Shown here one piece after another: positions 11,728 through 25,467 of a stretch of 64,000 nucleotides of DNA. The notes beneath the pieces were generated by a model. It worked only from the letters and a program-made list of their open reading frames with translations. It was not told the DNA's origin and searched no databases. Each line of letters starts with the position of its first letter. Within the stretch, counting starts at the first letter, position 1. This stretch comes from Malacoraja senta (taxonomy: Eukaryota). The stretch is taken from contig CM075993.1 of assembly GCA_038087875.1 (NCBI GenBank), positions 1,490,001 through 1,554,000 of the forward strand, written 5' to 3'. A program made the position numbers and the translations under genes.

Positions 11728-13939
11728 GTGTTCACCATCCCCCCCGACCTCCCCCTCTCCGACATCGAACGGTCTGTCCTCAGCAGAGGTCTTACCTTTG
11801 TCCCCCTCCGTCCCCATCTCAATGAGTTCCGTGCCCTCCATGACTTGGAACGCTTCTACCGTCGCCTCCGCCTCACAGCTCACTTCCATGGGAAGGAGTC
11901 CTCGCTCCCCACTGATGACCCCTTTTCCCGTCTCCAACGCACCCCATCCTCATGGAACCCCCCTCGTAGCCTTCCGGCTTTAGAACACTTCATTCAAAAC
12001 TGCCGCCGTGACATCAACCGCCTCAACTTCTCCACTCCCCTGTCTCACTCCAATCTCTCCCCCCCTGAACGCACTGCCATCGACTCACTCCGCAACAACC
12101 TAGATTGGGTTATCAAACCCGCCGACAAGGGAGGTGCCGTGGTAGTCTGGCGCGTCAATCTCTACAAAGCTGAGGCCACGCGCCAACTCTCGGACACCTC
12201 CTCCTACTTACCCCTGGACCATGACCCCACTGACGAGCACCAGGCCACCATCTCCAGCACCATCACCGACTTCATCCACTCCCACGCCCTGCCCAACCGA
12301 GCCTCCAACCTCATCGTTCCCCAGCCCCGCACAGCCCGCTTTTACCTTCTCCCCAAAATCCACAAACCTGACTGTCCCGGTAGACCCATTGTCTCTGCCT
12401 GTTCGTGCCCCACCGAACTCATCTCCACCTACCTCGACTCCATCCTATCCCCCTTGGTTAAATCCCTCCCCACCTATGTTCAAGACACCTCAGACACTCT
12501 CCGTCATCTCCGCGCATTCCACTCTAGGCCCTCACCCCCTCATCTTCACCATGGACGTCCAGTCATTGTACACCTCCATCCCCCACCAGGATGGTCTCGA
12601 AGCCCTCCGTTTTTTCCTCGACCGTAGAAGCCGGCCACTGACACCCGGCCACTATACCCGGCCACTATACCCGGCCACTGACACCCTCCTCCGCCTAGCG
12701 GAGCTGGTCCTTACACTTAATAACTTTTCATTTGACTCCTCCCATTTCCTCCAAATGCAAGGCGTAGCTATGGGCACACGCATGGGCCCCAGCTATGCCT
12801 GCCTCTTTGTCGGGTACGTAGAACAATCCTTCTTCAATGGGTACCAGGGCCCCATCCCCGACCTCTAACTCCGCTACATCGATGATTGTTTTGGTGCCAC
12901 ATCCTGCACCCACACACAACTGACTGACTTCATCCGCTTCACCACCAACTTCCATCCGGCACTCAAATACACCTGGACCATTTCCGACACTTCCCTACCA
13001 TTCCTTGACCTCACTATCTCCATCGCAGGTGATAGACTCCTTACCGACATCCACTACAAACCTACCGACTCCCATGGCTATCTGGACTACACTTCTTCCC
13101 ACCCTGCTTCCTGTAAGGACTCCATCCCCCACTCCCAATTCCTCCGTCTACGCCGCATCTGCTCCCAGGATGAGGCGTTCCACACCAGGGCATCTGAAAT
13201 GTCCTCATTCTTCAGGGAACGGGGGTTCCCCTCCTCCACCATAGATGAGGCTCGCACCAGGGTCTCTGCCATACCCCGCAACACTGCTCTCTCTCCCCAT
13301 CCCCCCACTCACAACAAGGGCAGAGTCCCCCTAGTCCTCACCTTTCACCCCACCAGCCGTCACATACAACAAGTGATCCTCCGTCAGTTTCGCCACCTCC
13401 AACGTGACCCCACCACTCGCCACATCTTCCCATCTCCCCCCATGTCTGCCTTCCGCAAAGACCGCTCCCTCCGTAACTCCCTTGTCAATTCTTCCCTTCC
13501 CTCCCATACCACCCCCTCCCCTGGCACTTTCCCTTGCAACCGCAAGAGATGCAACACTTGTCCCTTCGTCTCCCCCCTCTACTCCATTCAAGGACCCAAG
13601 CAGTCGTTCCAGGTGCGACAGAGGTTCACCTGCATCTCCTCCAACCTCATCTATTGCATTCGCTGCTCTAGATGCCAGCTGATCTACATCGGTGAGACCA
13701 AGCGGAGGCTTGGCGATCGATTCGCCGAACACCTCCGGTCGGTCCGCAATAACCAACCTGAACTCCCGGTGGCTCAGCACTTCAACTCCCCCTCCCATTC
13801 CGTATCTGACCTCTCTGTCCTGGGTCTCCTCCATGGCCACAGCGAGCAACACCGTAAATTGGAGGAAATGCACCTCATATTCCGCTTGGGCAGTCTACAT
13901 CCTGGGGGCTTGAACATTGAATTCTCCCAATTCTGCTAG
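11728..13939 (+). pseudogene. Disrupted PLE RT/GIY-YIG endonuclease ORF
   Basis: ORFs 11728..12627, 12221..12868 and 13199..13939 are consecutive pieces. TAA replaces TAC just before the YIDD motif (compare ELYLCYIDDC near 44790). Confidence 0.9.
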
Positions 13940-14711
13940 CCCTTGCTGTCCCCTCCCCTTCATCAGCCATCTGGTTGTCTCCTCCCCTCCCCCAGCCTTC
14001 GGGCTCCTCCTCCGCCTTTTTCCTTTTTTCCTTTCTTCTCCCCACCCCCTATCAGTCTGAAGAAGGGTTTCGGCCCAAAACGTTACCTATTTCCTTCGCT
14101 CCATAGATGCTGCTGCACCCGCTGAGTTTCTCCAGCATTTTTGTGTACACCCGACGATAGATGCTGCACCCAGTCTGAATATTTAAACCTCGTTGAAAGG
14201 AATGCAAGACATCTCCATCTGTTCACACCCTGGAAGATTAATGGACCCTGCATGATATTCTAAATTATTTAGCATGTGGAAAGGCATTTTACACTTGGGG
14301 GAAAAAATGACCCGTCAATTTGGTGTTGTCAGTGTAAGGGTGACACCTACTGCAATGCCCATTGCTGGATAATCCATATACTACTGCAGACCTTGCACTT
14401 AACACTGCAATAGCACAACGATGTGTACAGCAGTGGTGAGCCACTATATAGCATAAGGACACGGAAGAAGAAGAAGCGCAAAGATCTCGTTTGGAATAAA
14501 GCTACCATGTTATTTATTTAAGAAGGAACTGCAGATGCTGGAACAATCGAAGGTAGACAAAAATGCTGGAGAAACTCAGCAGGTTAGGCAGCATCAATGG
14601 AACGAAGGAATGGTTGACGTTTCGGTCGAGAGACCAATTGATCAGAGATAATTAATTGCTTTCTCATCTTGCCACATTTTCACCATAATCTCACAGCACC
14701 TGACATTAGCT

Positions 14712-15345
14712 CCGAGTATTGTGTTCAGTTCTGGGCACCGTGTTATAGGAAAGATGTTGTCAAGCTGGAAAGGGTACAGAGAAGATTTACGAGGATGTTG
14801 CCAGGACTAGAGGGTCTGAGCTACAGGGAGAGGTTGAGTAGGCTGGGACTCTATTCCTTGGCATGCAGGAGGATAAAGGGTGATCTTATAGATGTATACA
14901 AAATCATGAGAGGAATAGATGCACATTGGGTAAGAAGGAACTGCAGATGCTGGTTTAAACCGAAGATAGACACAAAGAGCTGGAGTAACTCAGGCAGCAT
15001 CTCTGGAGAGAATGAATGGGCGACATTTCGGGTCGAGACCCTTCTTCAGACAGGTGATGCACAGAGTCTCTTGCCCAGAGTAGGTGAATCGAGAACTAGA
15101 GGACATAGGTTCAAGGTGAAAGGGAAAAGATTGAATAGAAAACCGAGGGGTGACTTTTCCACACAAAGGGTGGTGGGTGTATGGATCAAGCTGCTAGAGG
15201 AGGTAGGTGAGGCTGGGACTATCCAAACATTTAAGGAACAGTTGGACAGGTACATGGATAGGACAGGTTTGGAGGGATATGGACCAAATGCTGGTAGGTG
15301 GGACTGGGACATGTAGTGTAGCTGGGACATGTTGGCCGGTGTGGA
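14712..15345 (+). mobile_element. CR1 3' fragment with nested PLE pLTR (about 14930-15052)
   Basis: EYCVQFWAPCYRKDVVKLERVQRRFTRMLPGL...; the pLTR insert is read through in ORF 14669..15316. Confidence 0.9.
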
Positions 15346-15702
15346 TAAGTTCAAAAGTCAGAAGTGGTTCATTGTCATATCTACCAACGCCGGAAAATGC
15401 ATTCTTAGAGCAGCATAAAAGAGGCATAAACACAATACACATAGATAACATATCATGAAAAAAACATCAATATATCAATAATCCCAATAGCAGTACAAAA
15501 ATAGCCCAAAGTCCTTAGATCAACCTCAGCTGCCAATAGTTCACAGTTGAGGTTAGTACTGTGTAGAAGCTTGTTAAGAATAAGGGGTAGGCCATTTAGG
15601 ACTGAGATGAGGAAAACCTTTTTCACCCGGAGAATTGTGAATCTGTGAAATTCCCTGCCACAGAAGGCAGTGGAGGCCGATTCATTGGATGTTTTCAAGA
15701 GT

Positions 15703-15915
15703 CACGGTAGAGTTGCTGCCTTACAGCAAAATGCAGCGCCAGAGACCTGGGTTCGATCTCGACTACGGGTGCTGTCTGTATGGAGTTTGTACATCCTCCC
15801 CGTGATCTGCGTGGGTTTTCTCCGAGCTCTTCGGTTTCCTCCCACACTCCAAAGACGTGCAGGTTTGTAGGTTAATTGGCTTGATTAATTGTCTTGATAA
15901 AAATGTAAAATTGTC
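15703..15915 (+). mobile_element. V-SINE inserted in CR1
   Basis: Same consensus; interrupts the CR1 tail 15575-16085. Confidence 0.8.
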
Positions 15916-16884
15916 CAATTTGGCGATATGCAGAGTACTGCCCTGCCGACTACAAGGTTCAGAAGGAGAGTTAGATTTGGCTCTTGGAGCTAACGGAATC
16001 AAGGGATATGGGGAAAAAGCCGGAACGGGGTACTGGTTTTAGATGATCACCCATGATCATATTGAATGGCGGTGCTGGCTCGAACATCGGGAACATTTTT
16101 CCTGCATCTAGTCTGTCCAATCCCTTAAGAATTTTACATGTTTCTATAAGATCCCCGAACACTAACGATGTCGAACACTGTAATCTCCTTTGTTCCTGAG
16201 CGGGAGAGTTGCTGAACCAGTCAATATGCTCTGGATTGTACACCTGTCTGAAGAAGGGTCCCGACCCGAAACACTGTCTGTCCATTGTCTGCACACATGC
16301 TGCCTGGCCCGCTGAGTTCCTCCAGCACTCTGTGTTTTTCTCCAGTTTCCAGCATCTGCAGTTTGTTGTGTCTACCTGAGCCTTTGTGGGCTGAGCAGGT
16401 GTGTGTGATCGACAGGAGATAATGACTAATCAATCTTGAGCTGCCATGGTAAATATTAATGTGTGGATTGTTGTGAAATTGTATTCATAAGGCATGAAGG
16501 AAAGCAAGTCAAACATTATAATAATTGCATGTAATATGGACACCCTGTGCTACAGTTGTTGCTATAACTTTGATAAAGAATTTTGGTTAGTGATTAAATA
16601 AGGATATGGTCTGAAGAAGGGTCTTGACCCAAAACGTCACCCATTCCTTCTCTCCAGGGATGTTGCCTGTCCCACTGAGTGTTTTGTGCCTATCTTCGGT
16701 TTAAAACCAGCATCTGCCAGTTCTTTCCTACACATATTGTATTTCATTTGTTTTTCAATTGACAAATCTGCCCAAACCTGTTTGAGGCTTTGATTGGGGA
16801 AATAAAATGAAATAAAATTGAGTTTTAGTTGAGATATACTGGCCCCTCAACTAGTCCACCATTGATCACCGATTCACACTAAAC

Positions 16885-17560
16885 AGTTATAGAGTCCTAT
16901 GGCGTGGAAACAGGCCCTTTGGCCCAACAAGCCTCTGCTGACTAAGATCTACACTAGTCCCATCTGTCTGCATTTGGCCCATATTCCTCTAAACCTACCA
17001 TATCCATGTACCTGTCTAAATGTTTCTTAAACATTGGGATAGTCCTTGCCTCAACTACCTACTCCAGCAGCTCGTTCCATACATCCACCACCCTCTGTGT
17101 GAAAAAGTTACCTCTCAGATTGCCATTAAATCTTTCTCCCCTCACCTTAAACCCCCTAATTTGGTTCTTGATTCCCCTACTCTGGACAAAAGACTTATTT
17201 ACCCGATCTATTCCTCTCATGATTTTGTACACCTCTATAAGATCACTCCTCATCCTCCTGAGCTCCAAGGAATAAAGTCCTAGTCTGCTCAACCTCTCCC
17301 TATAGCTCAGTTCCTTGAGTCCTGGCAACATCCTAGACAATCTTCTCTGAACCCTTTCAAGCTTGACAACGTCTTTCCTATAACATGGTGACCAAAACTG
17401 AGCACACTCTTCTAAACATGGCCCCACCAACGTCTTGTATAATTGTAACATGACCTCCCAACTTCTATACTCAATATGATGAAGGCCAATGTGCCAAAAC
17501 CCTTCTATCCAACCTATCCTCATGTGATGCAACTTTCAACAAACTATGCACCTGCACTCC
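16885..17560 (-). mobile_element. CR1 3' fragment
   Basis: LQLYKTLVGPCLEECAQFWSP...GNFFTQRVVDVWNEL. Confidence 0.9.
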
Positions 17561-18239
17561 TTGATCTATGTTATCCCACATTCTCAGCCACTCACTACAC
17601 ACTAGGGGCATTTTACAGAGGGCCAATTAACCTACCAACCCGCAAGGATGTGGGATGTGGGAGGAAACCGGAGCAACCGGAAAAAACCCCACGCTGTTAC
17701 AGGGAGAACGTGGTAATTCCACACAAACAGCACCCGAGGTCAGGATCGAACATGGCTCTCTGATGAAATTCTTACTTGCAGCAGCACAACAGGCCTGCAA
17801 ACACCATACTCATAGATAACAGATAATAATCGGAAAGATATTCAATACACTAATAATAACCCATACTAGTACCAAAAAGCCCAAAGTGCTAAGACGATAC
17901 ATAGCTTGTAATTTAGCTAGTGTTGTGTAGTGTTCAAGAACCTGATAGTTGTTGGGAAGAAACTGTATAAGTACCTAATAAAAATTCAATGCGTAGTAAT
18001 TCTTTTACCACCAAAGGAAAATTATTACGAGGGTAGTTTAAAACCCATCATTGTGGAATCTTGTACTGCAACATACTGCTGTCATAAGAATTATTGCAAC
18101 ATACTTAACGTCTGAAGATGGGTCTTGATCTGAAACATCACCTAGTCATGTACTCCAGAGATGTTGCCTAGCCTGCTGAGTTACTCCAACACAATGGTCT
18201 TTTGTGTATTAACCAGAAACCTTAGTTTCTTTAGTTAAG

Positions 18240-18725
18240 GCAGACACAAAATGCTGGAGTAACTCAGCGGGACAGGCAGCATCTCTGGAGAGAAGGAATG
18301 GGTGAAGTTTCGGGTCGAGAACCTTCTTCAGACTGATGTCAGGGGAGTGGGCGGGACAGAGGTAGAATGTAGCTGAAGACAGTAAGACTGGTGGGAGAAC
18401 TGGGAAGGAGGAGGAGATGGAGAGGGAAAGCAAGGGCTATTTGAAGTTAGAGAAGTCAATGTTCATACTGCTGGGGTGTAAGCTGCCCAAGCGAAATATG
18501 AGGTGCTGTTCCTCCAATTTGTGCTGGGCCTCACTCTGACAGTGGAGGAGGTCCAGGACAGAAAGGTCAGATTGGGAATGGGAGGGGGAGTTAAGTGCTG
18601 AGCAACCAGGAGATGAGGTAGGTTAAGGCAGACTGAGCGGAGGCGACCCGAAACATCACCCATCCCTTCTTTGCAGAGATGCTGCCTATCCCGCTGAGTT
18701 ACTCCAGCTTTTTGTGTCTATCTTA
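18240..18725 (-). mobile_element. PLE 3' fragment with a short inverted pLTR piece
   Basis: Same family as 5205-5690; 18645-18725 is in the opposite orientation. Confidence 0.8.
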
Positions 18726-19599
18726 GATCGACTTAGTTATGGAAAAGATGCCAATCTACTCTATGCCGTTTTACAATTTTATAAACCTCTGATAGCCTCC
18801 GAGACTCAAGAGAAAACAATCTGAATTTGTCTACCACTCATTCTTGCCGAGACTCTCCAATCTGTGAATAAACATTACTAGTTTGGGAGGTGCTGTTGAA
18901 AATATTGTCTTCAACTTTAATTATGTTGATCTACATCAGGCCTGAACTTGTCACTGGTGTGAAGCTGTCTGAGTTCATGGGTGACTTAATTGTGAGTTTG
19001 CTTGATCCATATTGCCTGACCCTTTACAGCAGAACACCAAAACACTCGTAGAAATATGGAAAGGGTGAGATTTTGCTGAAAGAAGGGATTTCCGATGCTC
19101 TAGGCTTTTTTGTGTGAACTTACGAACAGCAAGGGATACATATCCTGAATGGAAGCAATGAGCCCTTGTACAGAGATGAATGATGTTGATAAAGCAATGG
19201 AGAACATCCAACTATTTCGCAACTAAAAAAGCCTGCCCGTGCCAACGATACCTCCATGGCCCATTCGTTTGAATCATGAAATTATGAACATCAGATATTT
19301 GGCAACTAAATGCCCAACAACCTTCTGTTGGTTTAAGCTGACTGCAAAATTTGGAAGGGTTTCGACAGACTAGTAGGCAGAAGGAACTGCAGATGCTGAT
19401 TTACAAAGTGCTGAAGTAACTCAGCGGGTCAGGCAGCATCTCTGGAAGACATGGATGGGTGACGTTTCCGGACGGGATTATTCTTCAGACTGATTGTAGT
19501 TGTGTGTGGGGGGGGGGGGGGGGAGAGAAAGCTGGAAAGAGATAGGCCAAAGCTGGCAAGTGATAGGTGGATAGACACAAAATGCAGGAGTGCTTCAGA

Positions 19600-21035
19600 C
19601 TTTGAAGAAGGGTCTCGACCTGAAACGTCATCCGTTCCTTCTATCCAGAGACGCTGCCTGTCCCGTTGAGTAACTCCAGCATTTTGTGTCAATCTTCGGT
19701 GTAAATCAGCATCTGCAATTCCTTCGTACACAAGTGATAGGTGGATAGAGGTGGGGGTTGAATGGCAGATGGGTGAATAGTAAGAACAAGGAAGTGTACG
19801 CTGTGATCTACGCTGTGCTTGCAAATTTGAGTTGTTTTGCCCTGAAGCCAGTTTTAAGCACAAACAATGGACACAATAGCATTCAAAGTGTCCTTCAACA
19901 GATTATTAATAGACTTGATACACAGCTCTGCACCTATTTGTCTGTGGTGCTGCAGCATAAAGTATTTTCATTGCACTTGCAATCGATGCAGATGACATAT
20001 TAACTCGACATAACTTGAAGCACATCTTGTGTGAGCTAGTAAGCATTTATTTTTTTGCCATTTAGTTTAGTGTAGAGATACAACATGGAAACAGGCCCTT
20101 CGGCCCACCGAGTCCGCGCCGAACAGCGATCCCCGCACACTAACACTATCCTACACACACTAGGGACAATTTACAATTTTACCAAGCCAAGTTGTTTAGT
20201 TTAGAGATACAGCATGGAAACAGGCCCTTCGGCCCATTGCGTCCCGTGATGAACATCAATCACCCTTACACACTATTTCTACGTTGTCCCACTACGCTCA
20301 GCCATTATTGGAGCCCATTCAGCAAACTGAGTATGTTTAAGAAAAGAGAAATAGATTAAAAACATCTACATGTGTAGGAAGGATCTGCAGATGCAGGTTT
20401 ACACCGAAGATAGACACAAAATGCTGGAGTAACTCTGCAGGACAGGCAGTATCTCTAGAGAGAAGGAAGGGTGACGTTTCGGGTCGAGACCCTTCTTCAG
20501 ACTGAAAATATCGACTTTTCGTTTCCATTGACAATGGTAGACATCTCCACTGCTTCTTAATTGTCATCTGCGCAATTGCAATGAGGGGCAAGTGCAATGA
20601 AAATACTTTATGCTGCAGCACCACAGGCAAATAGGCGCCGAGCTGCGTATCAAGTCTATTAATAATCTGTTGAAGGACACTTTGAATGCTATTGTGTCCA
20701 TTGTTTGTGCTTAAAACTGGCTTCAGGGCAAAACAACCTCAAATTTGCAAGCACACAGCGTAGATCACAGCGTACACTTCCTTGTTCTTACTATTCCACC
20801 CATCTTCCAATCACCCCCCCCCCCCGACCTCTATCCACCTATCACTTGTGTGGGAAGGAACTACAGATGCTGGTTTAGACCGAAGATTGACACAAATGCT
20901 GGAGTTACTCTGCGGGACAGGCAGTATATCTGGAGAGAAGGAAGGCTGACGTTTCGGGTCGAGACCCTTCTTCAGACTGAAAATGTTGACTTTTCATTTC
21001 CATTGACAATGGTAGACATCTCCACTGCTTCTTAA
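19600..21035. repeat. Inverted duplication (about 19600-19980 vs 20588-20980) overlapping a direct duplication (about 20370-20560 vs 20850-21035)
   Basis: About 210 bp of non-TE sequence appears in reverse complement; ccattgacaatggtagacatctccactgcttcttaa occurs twice in direct orientation. Confidence 0.9.
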
Positions 21036-21104
21036 ATGTTGTGGGTTAATGGACTGGAAAGATAGAATGAAAAGATTGCAATTTGTGAGATCTATAGCAG
21101 CATT

Positions 21105-21415
21105 TCATATTCTCTTGGGCAGCTTACACCCCAGCGGTATGAACATTGACTTCTCTAACTTCAAGTAACCCTTGCTTTCCTCTCTCTCCATCCCCTCCCC
21201 CATCCGAGTTCTCCCGACCGGTCGGACTGTTTTGCTGATTACATTTATCTTTGTATGCCTCGTCGTCAGCTTCCCCTCAGCGAACAATGATCCATTCTAC
21301 ATTGTCCCTGACCTTTGTCCTCTTTGATGTCTCGTTTTCACACCTTGCCCGTCCATATCTTCCCCTGACTCTCAGTTTGAAGAAGGTCTGGGACCCGGAA
21401 ACGTCACCCATCCTT
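21105..21415 (+). mobile_element. PLE 3' fragment
   Basis: ggcagcttacaccccagcggtatgaacattgacttc followed by a degenerate pLTR. Confidence 0.78.
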
Positions 21416-21959
21416 GTGACGTGAATGACTGGAATATTTCCGAACCCCTGTCAGCCTGAAGCTGCAGGGCTAAATCAGATGCTGCACAACATTAATCTTG
21501 CCTGACAAGATCAACAACATAATCTCGTTGCACAAGAATGTCAAAAGTTGACAAACAACTGTTTTCAACTTGATAAGTGGAGTCATTGTTCAAGGAACGG
21601 TGCAATGGTTGAGAAATCATGGTGAAGCTCTACAGGATATACTGGTCATTCGGCCCAGTGATCTATGCTAGCGATCTTGCTCCTCCTTGTCCTATTTATG
21701 AACATATGCATATTTGGCCTTTTTTTTTTTCCAAATGCGATTCGAAGTTTTCCAATTCTTTACTCACTGATCCTCATTGCCCTTCTCACCAACTGGCTGC
21801 CTTGGCCAATGCTGTAGCTGGTTAAGCATCAGCCATATTAAAGCAAGCCCGAAGTCACATCTAAGGGCAGACCAGGCGCAGATGACAGAGCTGGTGGAAG
21901 GACAATATTCCAGCTGTGATCAGTGGTGTTTCACAGGGATCTGTGTTGTGACCTCTACT

Positions 21960-23145
21960 GCACCGGCCAACATGTCCCTGCTACACTAGTCCCCCCTGCC
22001 TGCGTTTGGTCCATATCGCTCCACACCTGTCCTATCCATGTACCTGTCTGTCTGTTTCCTAAATGCTGGGATAGTCCCTGCCACAACTACCTCCTCTGGC
22101 AGCTCGTCCCATACACCCACCACCCTTTGTGTGAAAAAGTGACCCCTCAGATTCCTATTGAATCTTTTCCCCTTCACCTTAAACCTATCTCCTCTGGTTC
22201 TTGATGCCTCTACTCTGGGCAGAGACTCTGCGCATCTACCCCATCTATTCCTCTCATGAATTGGGCATAAGCGTAGATGGGATGTTTGTAAGTTGCAGAT
22301 GACACAATTATTGCTGGGGTCAGGGTGCGGGGGGGGGGGGGGGGTATATATAGTGGGATATAGATCAGCTACAGAATTGGATGGAGAAATGGCAGAGGGA
22401 GTTTAATCCAAGAAAGTGTGAGATGTTACATTTTGGGAGGTTGAATATAAAGGGAAAATATACAAGAAATGGCAAGAAGCTTAAGAGCATTGGTGTACAG
22501 AAGGATCTTGGGGTCCAAGCCCATAACTCTTATGAAATGGCAACCCAAGTAGATGGAATAATGACGAAGGCATACAGTATGCTCTCCTTCATTGGTCAGG
22601 TCATTGAGTCAGGGAGTCATGATGCAGCTTTTAGGACATTGGTCAGGCCACATTTGGAGTATTGGGTACAGGTCTGGTCTCCCCATTACAGGAAGATGTG
22701 GAGGCTTTGGAAAGGGTGCAGAGTAGGGTTACCAAATTAATGCCTAGATTGCCATGCATTAGCTACAGGGCGAGGTGGCCAGACTTGGATTGTTTTCTGG
22801 AACGCCAAGAGTTTGCCGGAAGACCTGATACAAGTGTATAAATCATGAGAGGCATAGATAGGGTAGACAGTCAGAAACTATTTCCCAGCATGAAAATATC
22901 AAATACTCAAGCGCATAACTGACGGTGAGAGGGGGAGAGTGTAATGGAGATGTGTGGGGCATGTTTTCTTTTTTTTTTTAAACATAGTGGTCAGTGCCCT
23001 GCAACACGCTGTCGTGGGTGAGGCAGATACAATGGTGGCATTTAAGGGACTTTTGGACAGGCACATGGATATGCAGGGAAAGGAGAGATATGGATTTGGT
23101 CTTGACATCAATGTTCAGCACAGACTACTGTGGGCCGAAGGGCCT
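21960..23145. mobile_element. Two CR1 fragments back to back (minus 21960-22260, plus about 22280-23145)
   Basis: FFTQRVVGVWDELP on minus; WQREFNPRKCEMLHFG...LVRPHLEY on plus. Confidence 0.85.
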
Positions 23146-23214
23146 CTTTGTGACATTTGACATACCATCAGTCAATAAAATTGCAGCAAGATTGAATGGG
23201 ATTATTATCGCCAA

Positions 23215-23478
23215 GCAGCACCAGAGACCTGGGATCGATCCCGACTACGGGTGCTGTCTGTACGGAGTTTGTACGTCCTCCCCGTGACCTGCGTGGGTTT
23301 TCTCCGAGATCTTCGGTTTCCTCGCACACTCCAAAGACATACAGGTTTGTAGGTAGGTGAGTGAATGCGTGTGTGAGTGCGTGTGATTAGTGTTAGTGTG
23401 TAGGGATTGCTGGTCAGTGCGGGCTCAGTGGGCTGAAAGGCTCGTTTCCGCGCTGTACTAAAGTAAAACTGAACTAAA
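23215..23478 (+). mobile_element. V-SINE
   Basis: Same consensus. Confidence 0.8.
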
Positions 23479-23594
23479 AAGGTGAGGAAATGGAATCATG
23501 AGGTTACTTTGAGCATTGCCTGAAAGAAGGACAACACACAACTCCGAACGAAACCTCGCCATTTCAAGGGATGACGTGTGTGCATCCAGCACGC

Positions 23595-23920
23595 CTTGAT
23601 AGAGTGCGCGTGGACAGGATGTTTCCTGTAGTGGGGAGACTAGAACCAGAGGGCACAGCATCCGAATAAAAGTACGTACCTTTAGAATGGAGATGTGGAA
23701 TCTCTTTAGCCAGAGGGTGGTGAATCTGTGGAATTCACTGCCACAGACGGCTGTGAAGGACAAGACATTGGTTTCTATTTGAGGTGGAGATTGATTTTTT
23801 CTTGATACAGAAGGGCATCAAAAGGTTATGTGAAGAAAGGCAGGAGAATGGGGTTGAGAGGGAGAAACAGATCAGAACCCAGGTGGACTACCCAAGTGGA
23901 TGGATCCAAATTCTGCTCTG
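23595..23920 (+). mobile_element. CR1 3' fragment
   Basis: agagggtggtgaatctgtggaattcactgcc and CR1 tail. Confidence 0.75.
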
Positions 23921-24083
23921 ATATCTTCGCTGTGGAAAGCAGACAGACATTGACATCAAGTGAGGACATGAGGTGGTTAGTTTGAATGCCAGTGCAGACC
24001 CACTTCTGCTACTGTGCTTCAAGGCCTTATCATGTTTTAAGGGCAATTAAGATCGGGCAATAACAGCTGGCCCTGGCAGCAAA

Positions 24084-24283
24084 NNNNNNNNNNNNNNNNN
24101 NNNNNNNNNNNNNNNNNNNNNNNNNNNNNNNNNNNNNNNNNNNNNNNNNNNNNNNNNNNNNNNNNNNNNNNNNNNNNNNNNNNNNNNNNNNNNNNNNNNN
24201 NNNNNNNNNNNNNNNNNNNNNNNNNNNNNNNNNNNNNNNNNNNNNNNNNNNNNNNNNNNNNNNNNNNNNNNNNNNNNNNNNNN
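24084..24283. other. Assembly gap (200 N)
   Basis: Run of N. Confidence 1.
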
Positions 24284-25467
24284 GACTAGACGTGCAGGAA
24301 GGAACTGCAGATACTGGTTTACACCGATGATAGACACAAAGTGCTGGAGCAACTCAGCAGGACAGCCAGTATCTCTGGATAGAAGGAACGGGTGATGTTT
24401 TGGGTCGAGACCCTTCTTCAGACTGAGAGTTGGGGAGACGGAGACAGAGATATGGAAGGTTAAGATGTGAAGAGGAGACAAAGGGGACTAGATGCCTGAA
24501 GAAGGGTCTCAACACAAAACGTCACCCAGAGATGCTGCCTGCCACGCTGTTACTCCAGCTATTTGTGTCTATCTTCCTTAGTCTTCTCAAAATACACACA
24601 GAGCAGGAATCACACTGTACTTGCTTGTATTTAAGAAACAGTTAGACGGGTACATGGATAGGAGAGGTTTGGAGGTAAATGGGCCACACTAGGACTAGTG
24701 CGGATGGGACCGGTTGATCGGCATGGGCATGTTGGGCCGAAGGGCCTGTTCCCACACGATCACTCTTTCAAGTTTTGGAAGGAATCTGGCATCAGGGAAC
24801 CAGCTGTGAGAACCGGTGATAGAAACAAAGTTGGAAACTCTCGGGATGGCCGGCAACTTTGCAGGAGAAGGTATTTCAGATTAACGAAGGTGGACAAAAA
24901 TGCTGGAGAAACTCAACGGGTGAGGCAGCATCTATGGAGCGAAGGAAATAGGCGACGTTTCGGGTCGAGACCCTTCTTCAGACTTAACGAAAGGTCAGCC
25001 ATATCAAATTGGCATTCTTCAGGAACGGCCTGACCTGCTGAGCATTTGCCTGCGGGCATTTTATTAAAGGAGGAAATACCATCGAGCAGAAGTGGCACAC
25101 TGCTTGCCAAGACTAATTGTCAGGGGATGTTTAGCTCCCAACTACACATTGGGGAGTGTAAACACAGGCGTTTTCTCAAGAGTTGGTTGTGCAATTTTGT
25201 TTGAAAGCACGCAATTACATGTGGCGTTGAAATGTCCAAGGAATGTACAGCACGACACCAACATCTGCAAAACAGTGATGTCTGGAAACCGGATTAGCAA
25301 AAGTATCCATGTTAACTTGTCCCGAGTCTTCATTAAATGCAATAAACGTGCAGAAAGGTGCAAGAAAGAGTAAAAAATGATGCAATGTTTATGTTTAAAA
25401 AGTTTGAGTCGCGAGCCAGAGGGCGAGATGCCCAACACTGGGCCCCATCAGATAAAGACTGGATAAA

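Larger units (their letters stand above)
10650..14148 (+). mobile_element. Penelope-like retroelement (Neptune-type), nearly full length, disrupted
   Basis: RT motifs IKPADKGGAVVVW, FYLLPKIHK, GRPIVSAC, MDVQSLYTSIP, QGVAMGTRMGPSYACLFVG, RYIDDCF; Cys linker CNRKRCNTC; GIY-YIG LIYCIRCSRCQLIYIGETKRRL. Frameshift near 12525, stop at 12866-12868, pLTR-like tail 14050-14148. The 5' boundary is uncertain. Confidence 0.93.

Noticed and set aside
14669..15316. 215-aa ORF as a host gene
   Set aside because: Chimeric read-through of a CR1 fragment and an inserted pLTR.
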